Origin: Eledone cirrhosa
Taxonomy: Eukaryota
NCBI GenBank assembly: GCA_964016885.1
Contig: OZ024741.1
Span: forward strand, 249,736,001-249,800,000
Direction of reading: 5' to 3'
DNA: 64,000 nt
The notes below the pieces were generated by a model. That model did no database searches. It saw only the letters and a list, made by a program, of their open reading frames with translations, and had not been told where the DNA came from. This document shows positions 1-11,200 of the stretch, piece by piece. The translations under genes were made by a program, and so were the position numbers. Each line of letters starts with the position of its first letter. Positions within the stretch are counted from its first letter, which is position 1.

Positions 1-519
1 CAGGGGTAGATAATTTTCAGCCGTCCAAGGGGAGATAATTTCCATCCTTCCAAGGGGAGATAATTTCCAGCCGTCCAAGGGGAGATAATTTCCCGCCAGC
101 CAAGGAGAGATAACATTTAAAAAAATCAGGCGGAGATAATTTGTAAAAAAATCAGGGGGAGATAATTTGTAAAAAAAATCAGGGGTAGATAATTTCCAGC
201 CGTCCAAGGGGAGATAATTTCCATCCTTCCAAGGGGAGATAATTTCCAGCCGTCCAAGGGGAGATAATTTCCCGCCAGCCAAGGAGAGATAATATTTAAA
301 AAAATCAGGCGGAGATAATTTGTAAAAAAAATCAGGGGGAGATAATTTGTAAAAAAATCAGGGGGAGATAATTTGTAAAAAAAAATCAGGGGGAGATAAT
401 TTGTAAAAAAAAATCAGGGGGAGATAATTTGTAAAAAAAAATCAGGGGTAGATAATTTGTAAAAAAAAATCAGGGTGAGATAATTTGTAAAAGAAAAATC
501 AGGGGGAGATAATTTGTAA

Positions 520-3500
520 AAAAATCAAGGGGAGATAATTTCCAGCCGTCCAAGGGGAGATAATTTTCAGCCGTCCAAGGAGAGGTAATTTCTAGCCGTC
601 CAAGGGGAGATAATTTCCAGCCGTCCAAGGGGAGATAATTTTTTTAAAAAAATCAGGCGGAGATAATTTGTAAACAAAAATCAGGGGGAGATAATTTGTA
701 AAAAAAAATCAGGGGGAGATAATTTGTAAAAAAAAATCAGGGGGAGATAATTTGTAAAAAAAATCAAGGGGAGATAATTTGTCAAAAAAAATCAGGGGTA
801 GATAATTTGTAAAAAAAAATCAGGGGGAGATAATTTGTAAAAAAAAAATCAGGGGGAGATAATTTGTAAAAAAATCAAGGGGAGATAATTTTCAGCCGTC
901 CAAGGAGAGGTAATTTCTAGCCGTCCAAGGGGAGATAATTTCCAGCCAGCCAAGGGGAGATAATTTGTAAAAAAATCAGGGGTAGATAATTTGTAAAAAA
1001 AATTCAGGGGGAGATAATTTGTAAAAAAAATCAGGGGGAGATAATTTGTAAAAAAAATCAGGGGTAGATAATTTCCAGCCGTCCAAGGGGAGATAATTTC
1101 CATCCTTCCAAGGGGAGATAATTTCCAGCCGTCCAAGGGGAGATAATTTCCCGCCAGCCAAGGAGAGAAAACATTTAAAAAAATCAGGCGGAGATAATTT
1201 GTAAAAAAAATCAGGGGGAGATAATTTGTAAAAAAATCAGGGGGAGATAATTTGTAAAAAAAATCAGGGGTAGATAATTTCCAGCCGTCCAAGGGGAGAT
1301 AATTTCCATCCTTCCAAGGGGAGATAATTTCCAGCCGTCCAAGGGGAGATAATTTCCCGCCAGCCAAGGAGAGATAATATTTAAAAAAATCAGGCGGAGA
1401 TAATTTGTAAAAAAAATCAGGGGGAGATAATTTGTAAAAAAATCAGGGCGAGATAATTTGTAAAAAAAAATCAGGGGAGATAATTTGTAAAAAAAATCAG
1501 GGGGAGATAATTTGTAAAAAAAAATCAGGGGTAGATAATTTGTAAAAAAAAATCAGGGGGAGATAATTTGTAAAAAAAAAATCAGGGGGAGATAATTTGT
1601 AAAAAAATCAAGGGGAGATAATTTCCAGCCGTCCAAGGGGAGATAATTTTCAGCCGTCCAAGGAGGTAATTTCTAGCCGTCCAAGGGGAGATAATTTCCA
1701 GCCGTCCAAGGGGAGATAATTTTTTTAAAAAAATCAGGCGGAGATAATTTGTAAACAAAAATCAGGGGGAGATAATTTGTAAAAAAAAATCAGGGGGAGA
1801 TAATTTGTAAAAAAAAATCAGGGGGAGATAATTTGTAAAAAAAATCAAGGGGAGATAATTTCCAGCCGTCCAAGGGGAGGTAATATCTAGCCATCCAAGG
1901 GCAGATAATTTCCAGCCGTCCAAGGGGAGATAATTTCCAGCCGTCCAAGGGGAGATAATATCCAGCCGTCCAAGGAGACATATTTTCCAGCCGTCCAAGG
2001 AGAGGTAATTTCTAGCCGTCCAAGGGGAGATAAGTTCCAGCCTCCAAGGGGAGATAATTTCCAGCCAGCCAAGGGGAGATAATTTGTAAAAAAATCAGGG
2101 GGAGATAATTTGTAAAAAAAAAATCAGGGGGAGATAATTTGTAAAAAAATCAGGGGGAGATAATTTGTAAAAAAAATCAGGGGGAGATAATTTGTAGAAA
2201 AAATCAGGGGTAGATAATTTGTAAAAAAAATCAGGGGTAGATAATTTCCAGCCGTCCAAGGGGAGATAATTTCCATCCTTCCAAGGGGAGATAATTTCCA
2301 GCCGTCCAAGGGGAGATAATTTCCCGCCAGCCAAGGAGAGATAATATTTAAAAAAATCAGGCGGAGATAATTTGTAAAAAAAATCAGGGGGAGATAATTT
2401 GTAAAAAAATCAGGGGGAGATAATTTGTAAAAAAAAATCAGGGGGAGATAATTTGTAAAAAAAATCAGGGGGAGATAATTTGTAAAAAAAATCAGGGGTA
2501 GATAATTTGTAAAAAAAAATCAGGGGGAGATAATTTGTAAAAAAAAAATCAGGGGGAGATAATTTGTAAAAAAATCAAGGGGAGATAATTTCCAGCCGTC
2601 CAAGGGGAGATAATTTTCAGCCGTCCAAGGAGAGGTAATTTCTAGCCGTCCAAGGGGAGATAATTTCCAGCCGTCCAAGGGGAGATAATTTTTTTAAAAA
2701 AATCAGGCGGAGATAATTTGTAAACAAAAATCAGGGGGAGATAATTTGTAAAAAAAAATCAGGGGGAGATAATTTGTAAAAAAAAATCAGGGGGAGATAA
2801 TTTGTAAAAAAAATCAAGGGGAGATAATTTGTCAAAAAAAATCAGGGGTAGATAATTTGTAAAAAAAAATCAGGGGGAGATAATTTGTAAAAAAAAAATC
2901 AGGGGGAGATAATTTGTAAAAAAATCAAGGGGAGATAATTTCCAGCCGTCCAAGGGGAGATAATTTTCAGCCGTCCAAGGAGAGGTAATTTCTAGCCGTC
3001 CAAGGGGAGATAATTTCCAGCCAGCCAAGGGGAGATAATTTGTAAAAAAATCAGGGGTAGATAATTTGTAAAAAAAAATCAGGGGGAGATAATTTGTAAA
3101 AAAAATCAGGGGGAGATAATTTGTAAAAAAAATCAGGGGTAGATAATTTCCAGCCGTCCAAGGGGTGATAATTTCCATCCTTCCAAGGGGAGATAATTTC
3201 CAGCCGTCCAAGGGGAGATAATTTCCCGCAAGCCAAGGAGAGATAACATTTAAAAAAATCAGGCGGAGATAATTTGTAAAAAAAATCAGGGGGAGATAAT
3301 TTGTAAAAAAATCAGGGGGAGATAATTTGTAAAAAAAATCAGGGGTAGATAATTTCCAGCCGTCCAAGGGGAGATAATTTCCATCCTTCCAAGGGGAGAT
3401 AATTTCCAGCCGTCCAAGGGGAGATAATTTCCCGCCAGCCAAGGAGAGATAATATTTAAAAAAATCAGGCGGAGATAATTTGTAAAAAAAATCAGGGGGA

Positions 3501-4275
3501 GATAATTTGTAAAAAAATCAGGGGGAGATAATTTGTAAAAAAAAATCAGGGGAGATAATTTGTAAAAAAAATCAGGGGGAGATAATTTGTAAAAAAAAAT
3601 CAGGGGTAGATAATTTGTAAAAAAAAATCAGGGGGAGATAATTTGTAAAAAAAAAATCAGGGGGAGATAATTCGTAAAAAAATCAAGGGGAGATAATTTC
3701 CAGCCGTCCAAGGGGAGATAATTTTCAGCCGTCCAAGGAGGTAATTTCTAGCCGTCCAAGGGGAGATAATTTCCAGCCGTCCAAGGGGAGATAATTTTTT
3801 TAAAAAAATCAGGCGGAGATAATTTGTAAACAAAAATCAGGGGGAGATAATTTGTAAAAAAAAATCATGGGGAGATAATTTGTAAAAAAAAATCAGGGGG
3901 AGATAATTTGTAAAAAAAATCAAGGGGAGATAATTTCCAGCCGTCCAAGGGGAGGTAATATCTAGCCATCCAAGGGGAGATAATTTCCAGCCGTCCAAGG
4001 GGAGATAATTTCCAGCCGTCCAAGGGGAGATAATATCCAGCCGTCCAAGGAGACATATTTTCCAGCCGTCCAAGGAGAGGTAATTTCTAGCCGTCCAAGG
4101 GGAGATAAGTTCCAGCCTCCAAGGGGAGATAATTTCCAGCCAGCCAAGGGGAGATAATTTGTAAAAAAATCAGGGGGAGATAATTTGTAAAAAAAAAATC
4201 AGGGGGAGATAATTTGTAAAAAAATCAGGGGGAGATAATTTGTAAAAAAAATCAGGGGGAGATAATTTGTAGAAA
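520..4275. repeat. Nested ~2,050/2,075-bp duplication (~520-2,200 vs ~2,570-4,275), repeated again inside the 9,021-offset copy
   Basis: ORFs 1762/3837 and 1887/3962 are offset by 2,075. The GTCAAAA variant at 781 and 2831 is offset by 2,050, a difference of one 25-bp monomer. Edges are approximate. Confidence 0.8.
1846..2069. repeat. Example Z block: nine type A monomers (224 bp) with position-specific variants; about 51 copies in the window including shortened or fused forms
   Basis: Fixed order of variants GGAGGTAATATCTAGCCATC (2), GATAATATCC (5), GGAGACATATTTTCC (6), GGAGAGGTAATTTCTAG (7), the 24-bp GATAAGTTCCAGCCTC monomer (8), CCAGCCAGC (9). Confidence 0.92.
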
Positions 4276-7200
4276 AAATCAGGGGTAGATAATTTGTAAA
4301 AAAAATCAGGGGGAGATAATTTGTAAAAAAAATCAGGGGGAGATAATTTGTAAAAAAAATCAGGGGTAGATAATTTTCAGCCGTCCAAGGGGAGATAATT
4401 TCCATCCTTCCAAGGGGAGATAATTTCCAGCCGTCCAAGGGGAGATAATTTCCCGCCAGCCAAGGAGAGATAACATTTAAAAAAATCAGGCGGAGATAAT
4501 TTGTAAAAAAAATCAGGGGGAGATAATTTGTAAAAAAATCAGGGGGAGATAATTTGTAAAAAAAATCAGGGGTAGATAATTTCCAGCCGTCCAAGGGGAG
4601 ATAATTTCCATCCTTCCAAGGGGAGATAATTTCCAGCCGTCCAAGGGGAGATAATTTCCCGCCAGCCAAGGAGAGATAATATTTAAAAAAATCAGGCGGA
4701 GATAATTTGTAAAAAAAATCAGGGGGAGATAATTTGTAAAAAAATCAGGGGGAGATAATTTGTAAAAAAAAATCAGGGGGAGATAATTTGTAAAAAAAAC
4801 AGGGGGAGATAATTTGTAAAAAAAATCAGGGGTAGATAATTTGTAAAAAAAAATCAGGGGGAGATAATTTGTAAAAAAAAAATCAGGGGGAGATAATTTG
4901 TAAAAAAATCAAGGGGAGATAATTTCCAGCCGTCCAAGGGGAGATAATTTTCAGCCGTCCAAGGAGAGGTAATTTCTAGCCGTCCAAGGGGAGATAATTT
5001 CCAGCCGTCCAAGGGGAGATAATTTTTTTAAAAAAATCAGGCGGAGATAATTTGTAAACAAAAATCAGGGGAAGATAATTTGTAAAAAAAAATCAGGGGG
5101 AGATAATTTGTAAAAAAAAATCAGGGGGAGATAATTTGTAAAAAAATCAAGGGGAGATAATTTCCAGCCGTCCAAGGGGAGGTAATATCTAGCCATCCAA
5201 GGGGAGATAATTTCCAGCCGTCCAAGGGGAGATATTTTCCAGCCGTCCAAGGAGAGGTAATTTCTAGCCGTCCAAGGGGAGATAAGTTCCTGCCTCCAAG
5301 GGGAGATAATTTCCAGCCAGCCAAGGGGAGATAATTTGTAAAAAAATCAGGGGGAGATAATTTGTAAAAAAAAAATCAGGGGGAGATAATTTGTAAAAAA
5401 ATCAGGGGGAGATAATTTGTAAAAAAAAAATCAGGGGGAGATAATTTGTAAAAAAAATCAGGGGGAGATAATTTGTAAAAAAAATCAGGGGTAGATAATT
5501 TGTAAAAAAAATCAGGGGGAGATAATTTGTAAAAAAAATCAGGGGGAGATAATTTGTAAAAAAAATCAGGGGTAGATAATTTTCAGCCCTCCAAGGGGAG
5601 ATAATTTCCATCCTTCCAAGGGGAGATAATTTCCAGCCGTCCAAGGGGAGATAATTTCCCGCCAGCCAAGGAGAGATAACATTTAAAAAAATCAGGCGGA
5701 GATAATTTGTAAAAAAAATCAGGGGGAGATAATTTGTAAAAAAATCAGGGGGAGATAATTTGTAAAAAAAATCAGGGGTAGATAATTTCCAGCCGTCCAA
5801 GGGGAGATAATTTCCATCCTTCCAAGGGGAGATAATTTCCAGCCGTCCAAGGGGAGATAATTTCCCGCCAGCCAAGGAGAGATAATATTTAAAAAAATCA
5901 GGCGGAGATAATTTGTAAAAAAAATCAGGGGGAGATAATTTGTAAAAAAATCAGGGGGAGATAATTTGTAAAAAAAAATCAGGGGGAGATAATTTGTGAA
6001 AAAAATCAGGGGGAGATAATTTGTAAAAAAAAATCAGGGGTAGATAATTTGTAAAAAAAAATCAGGGGGAGATAATTTGTAAAAAAAAATCAGGGGGAGA
6101 TAATTTGTAAAAAAATCAAGGGGAGATAATTTCCAGCCGTCCAAGGGGAGATAATTTTCAGCCGTCCAAGGAGAGGTAATTTCTAGCCGTCCAAGGGGAG
6201 ATAATTTCCAGCCGTCCAAGGGGAGATAATTTTTTTAAAAAAATCAGGCGGAGATAATTTGTAAACAAAAATCAGGGGGAGATAATTTGTAAAAAAAAAT
6301 CAGGGGGAGATAATTTGTAAAAAAAAATCAGGGGGAGATAATTTGTAAAAAAAATCAAGGGGAGATAATTTCCAGCCGTCCAAGGGGAGGTAATATCTAG
6401 CCATCCAAGGGGAGATAATTTCCAGCCGTCCAAGGGGAGATAATTTCCAGCCGTCCAAGGGGAGATAATATCCAGCCGTCCAAGGAGACATATTTTCCAG
6501 CCGTCCAAGGAGAGGTAATTTCTAGCCGTCCAAGGGGAGATAAGTTCCAGCCTCCAAGGGGAGATAATTTCCAGCCAGCCAAGGGGAGATAATTTGTAAA
6601 AAAATCAGGGGGAGATAATTTGTAAAAAAAAAATCAGGGGGAGATAATTTGTAAAAAAATCAGGGGGAGATAATTTGTAAAAAAAATCAGGGGGAGATAA
6701 TTTGTAAAAAAAATCAGGGGGAGATAATTTGTAAAAAAAATCAGGGGGAGATAATTTGTAAAAAAAATCAGGGGGAGATAATTTGTAAAAAAAATCAGGG
6801 GTAGATAATTTTCAGCCGTCCAAGGGGAGATAATTTCCATCCTTCCAAGGGGAGATAATTTCCAGCCGTCCAAGGGGAGATAATTTCCCGCCAGCCAAGG
6901 AGAGATAACATTTAAAAAAATCAGGCGGAGATAATTTGTAAAAAAAATCAGGGGGAGATAATTTGTAAAAAAATCAGGGGGAGATAATTTGTAAAAAAAA
7001 TCAGGGGTAGATAATTTCCAGCCGTCCAAGGGGAGATAATTTCCATCCTTCCAAGGGGAGATAATTTCCAGCCGTCCAAGGGGAGATAATTTCCCGCCAG
7101 CCAAGGAGAGATAATATTTAAAAAAATCAGGCGGAGATAATTTGTAAAAAAAATCAGGGGGAGATAATTTGTAAAAAAATCAGGGGGAGATAATTTGTAA

Positions 7201-7584
7201 AAAAAAATCAGGGGGAGATAATTTGTAAAAAAAATCAGGGGGAGATAATTTGTAAAAAAAAATCAGGGGTAGATAATTTGTAAAAAAAAATCAGGGGGAG
7301 ATAATTTGTAAAAAAAAAATCAGAGGGAGATAATTTGTAAAAAAATCAAGGGGAGATAATTTCCAGCCGTCCAAGGGGAGATAATTTTCAGCCGTCCAAG
7401 GAGAGGTAATTTCTAGCCGTCCAAGGGGAGATAATTTCCAGCCGTCCAAGGGGAGATAATTTTTAAAAAAAATCAGGCGGAGATAATTTGTAAACAAAAA
7501 TCAGGGGGAGATAATTTGTAAAAAAAAATCAGGGGGAGATAATTTGTAAAAAAAAATCAGGGGGAGATAATTTGTAAAAAAAAT

Positions 7585-8209
7585 CAAGGGGAGATAATTT
7601 CCAGCCGTCCAAGGGGAGGTAATATCTAGCCATCCAAGGGGAGATAATTTCCAGCCGTCCAAGGGGAGATAATTTCCAGCCGTCCAAGGGGAGATAATAT
7701 CCAGCCGTCCAAGGAGACATATTTTCCAGCCGTCCAAGGAGACGTAATTTCTAGCCGTCCAAGGGGAGATAAGTTCCAGCCTCCAAGGGGAGATAATTTC
7801 CAGCCAGCCAAGGGGAGATAATTTGTAAAAAAATTAGGGGGAGATAATTTGTAAAAAAAAATTAGGGGGAGATAATTTGTAAAAAAAAATCAGGGGGAGA
7901 TAATTTGTAAAAAAAAATCAGGGGGAGATAATTTGTAAAAAAAATCAAGGGGAGATAATTTCCAGCCGTCCAAGGGGAGATAATTTTCAGCCGTCCAAGG
8001 AGAGGTAAATTCTAGCCGTCCAAGGAGATATAATTTCCAGCCGTCCAAGGGGAGATAATTTCCAGCCGTCCAAGGGGAGATAATTTTTAAAAAAAAATCA
8101 GGCGGAGATAATTTGTAAACAAAAATCAGGGGGAGATAATTTTAAAAAAAAAATCAGGGGGAGATAATTTGTAAAAAAAAATCAGGGGGAGATAATTTGT
8201 AAAAAAAAT
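7585..8209. repeat. Short 625-bp HOR variant lacking both X blocks (Z-B5-Y'(A5)-B5); related copies near 25.2, 31.1, 45.0, 46.9, 55.4 and 57.3 kb
   Basis: Z starts at 7585 and 8210. Y' carries GGTAAATTCTAG and GGAGATATAATTTCC and follows a Z with GAGACGTAAT plus TTAGGGGG B monomers. Confidence 0.85.
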
Positions 8210-11200
8210 CAAGGGGAGATAATTTCCAGCCGTCCAAGGGGAGGTAATATCTAGCCATCCAAGGGGAGATAATTTCCAGCCGTCCAAGGGGAGATAATTT
8301 CCAGCCGTCCAAGGGGAGATAATATCCAGCCGTCCAAGGAGACATATTTTCCAGCCGTCCAAGGAGAGGTAATTTCTAGCCGTCCAAGGGGAGATAAGTT
8401 CCAGCCTCCAAGGGGAGATAATTTCCAGCCAGCCAAGGGGAGATAATTTGTAAAAAAATCAGGGGGAGATAATTTGTAAAAAAAAAATCAGGGGGAGATA
8501 ATTTGTAAAAAAATCAGGGGGAGATAATTTGTAAAAAAAATCAGGGGGAGATAATTTGTAGAAAAAATCAGGGGTAGATAATTTGTAAAAAAAATCAGGG
8601 GTAGATAATTTCCAGCCGTCCAAGGGGAGATAATTTCCATCCTTCCAAGGGGAGATAATTTCCAGCCGTCCAAGGGGAGATAATTTCCCGCCAGCCAAGG
8701 AGAGATAATATTTAAAAAAATCAGGCGGAGATAATTTGTAAAAAAAATCAGGGGGAGATAATTTGTAAAAAAATCAGGGGGAGATAATTTGTAAAAAAAA
8801 ATCAGGGGGAGATAATTTGTAAAAAAAAATCAGGGGGAGATAATTTGTAAAAAAAAATCAGGGGTAGATAATTTGTAAAAAAAAATCAGGGTGAGATAAT
8901 TTGTAAAAAAAATCAGGGGGAGATAATTTGTAAAAAAAATCAGGGGTAGATAATTTGTAAAAAAAATCAGGGGGAGATAATTTGTAAAAAAAATCAGGAG
9001 GAGATAATTTGTAAAAAAAATCAGGGGTAGATAATTTTCAGCCGTCCAAGGGGAGATAATTTCCATCCTTCCAAGGGGAGATAATTTCCAGCCGTCCAAG
9101 GGGAGATAATTTCCCGCCAGCCAAGGAGAGATAACATTTAAAAAAATCAGGCGGAGATAATTTGTAAAAAAATCAGGGGGAGATAATTTGTAAAAAAAAT
9201 CAGGGGTAGATAATTTCCAGCCGTCCAAGGGGAGATAATTTCCATCCTTCCAAGGGGAGATAATTTCCAGCCGTCCAAGGGGAGATAATTTCCCGCCAGC
9301 CAAGGAGAGATAATATTTAAAAAAATCAGGCGGAGATAATTTGTAAAAAAAATCAGGGGGAGATAATTTGTAAAAAAATCAGGGGGAGATAATTTGTAAA
9401 AAAAAATCAGGGGGAGATAATTTGTAAAAAAAAATCAGGGGGAGATAATTTGTAAAAAAAAATCAGGGGTAGATAATTTGTAAAAAAAAATCAGGGTGAG
9501 ATAATTTGTAAAAGAAAAATCAGGGGGAGATAATTTGTAAAAAAATCAAGGGGAGATAATTTCCAGCCGTCCAAGGGGAGATAATTTTCAGCCGTCCAAG
9601 GAGAGGTAATTTCTAGCCGTCCAAGGGGAGATAATTTCCAGCCGTCCAAGGGGAGATAATTTTTTTAAAAAAATCAGGCGGAGATAATTTGTAAACAAAA
9701 ATCAGGGGGAGATAATTTGTAAAAAAAAATCAGGGGGAGATAATTTGTAAAAAAAAATCAGGGGGAGATAATTTGTAAAAAAAATCAAGGGGAGATAATT
9801 TGTCAAAAAAAATCAGGGGTAGATAATTTGTAAAAAAAAATCAGGGGGAGATAATTTGTAAAAAAAAAATCAGGGGGAGATAATTTGTAAAAAAATCAAG
9901 GGGAGATAATTTTCAGCCGTCCAAGGAGAGGTAATTTCTAGCCGTCCAAGGGGAGATAATTTCCAGCCAGCCAAGGGGAGATAATTTGTAAAAAAATCAG
10001 GGGTAGATAATTTGTAAAAAAAATTCAGGGGGAGATAATTTGTAAAAAAAATCAGGGGGAGATAATTTGTAAAAAAAATCAGGGGTAGATAATTTCCAGC
10101 CGTCCAAGGGGAGATAATTTCCATCCTTCCAAGGGGAGATAATTTCCAGCCGTCCAAGGGGAGATAATTTCCCGCCAGCCAAGGAGAGAAAACATTTAAA
10201 AAAATCAGGCGGAGATAATTTGTAAAAAAAATCAGGGGGAGATAATTTGTAAAAAAATCAGGGGGAGATAATTTGTAAAAAAAATCAGGGGTAGATAATT
10301 TCCAGCCGTCCAAGGGGAGATAATTTCCATCCTTCCAAGGGGAGATAATTTCCAGCCGTCCAAGGGGAGATAATTTCCCGCCAGCCAAGGAGAGATAATA
10401 TTTAAAAAAATCAGGCGGAGATAATTTGTAAAAAAAATCAGGGGGAGATAATTTGTAAAAAAATCAGGGCGAGATAATTTGTAAAAAAAAATCAGGGGAG
10501 ATAATTTGTAAAAAAAATCAGGGGGAGATAATTTGTAAAAAAAAATCAGGGGTAGATAATTTGTAAAAAAAAATCAGGGGGAGATAATTTGTAAAAAAAA
10601 AATCAGGGGGAGATAATTTGTAAAAAAATCAAGGGGAGATAATTTCCAGCCGTCCAAGGGGAGATAATTTTCAGCCGTCCAAGGAGGTAATTTCTAGCCG
10701 TCCAAGGGGAGATAATTTCCAGCCGTCCAAGGGGAGATAATTTTTTTAAAAAAATCAGGCGGAGATAATTTGTAAACAAAAATCAGGGGGAGATAATTTG
10801 TAAAAAAAAATCAGGGGGAGATAATTTGTAAAAAAAAATCAGGGGGAGATAATTTGTAAAAAAAATCAAGGGGAGATAATTTCCAGCCGTCCAAGGGGAG
10901 GTAATATCTAGCCATCCAAGGGCAGATAATTTCCAGCCGTCCAAGGGGAGATAATTTCCAGCCGTCCAAGGGGAGATAATATCCAGCCGTCCAAGGAGAC
11001 ATATTTTCCAGCCGTCCAAGGAGAGGTAATTTCTAGCCGTCCAAGGGGAGATAAGTTCCAGCCTCCAAGGGGAGATAATTTCCAGCCAGCCAAGGGGAGA
11101 TAATTTGTAAAAAAATCAGGGGGAGATAATTTGTAAAAAAAAAATCAGGGGGAGATAATTTGTAAAAAAATCAGGGGGAGATAATTTGTAAAAAAAATCA

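Noticed and set aside
80-95. NF-kB/Rel site in GGGGAGATAATTTCC(C)
   Set aside because: The half-site spacing is too long for the 10-bp GGGRNWYYCC consensus; it is kept only as a generic dyad.
7830-7870. TTAGGG and TCAGGG telomere-like hexamers
   Set aside because: They are isolated single hexamers arising at the monomer junction or from a C>T variant, and are never tandem.
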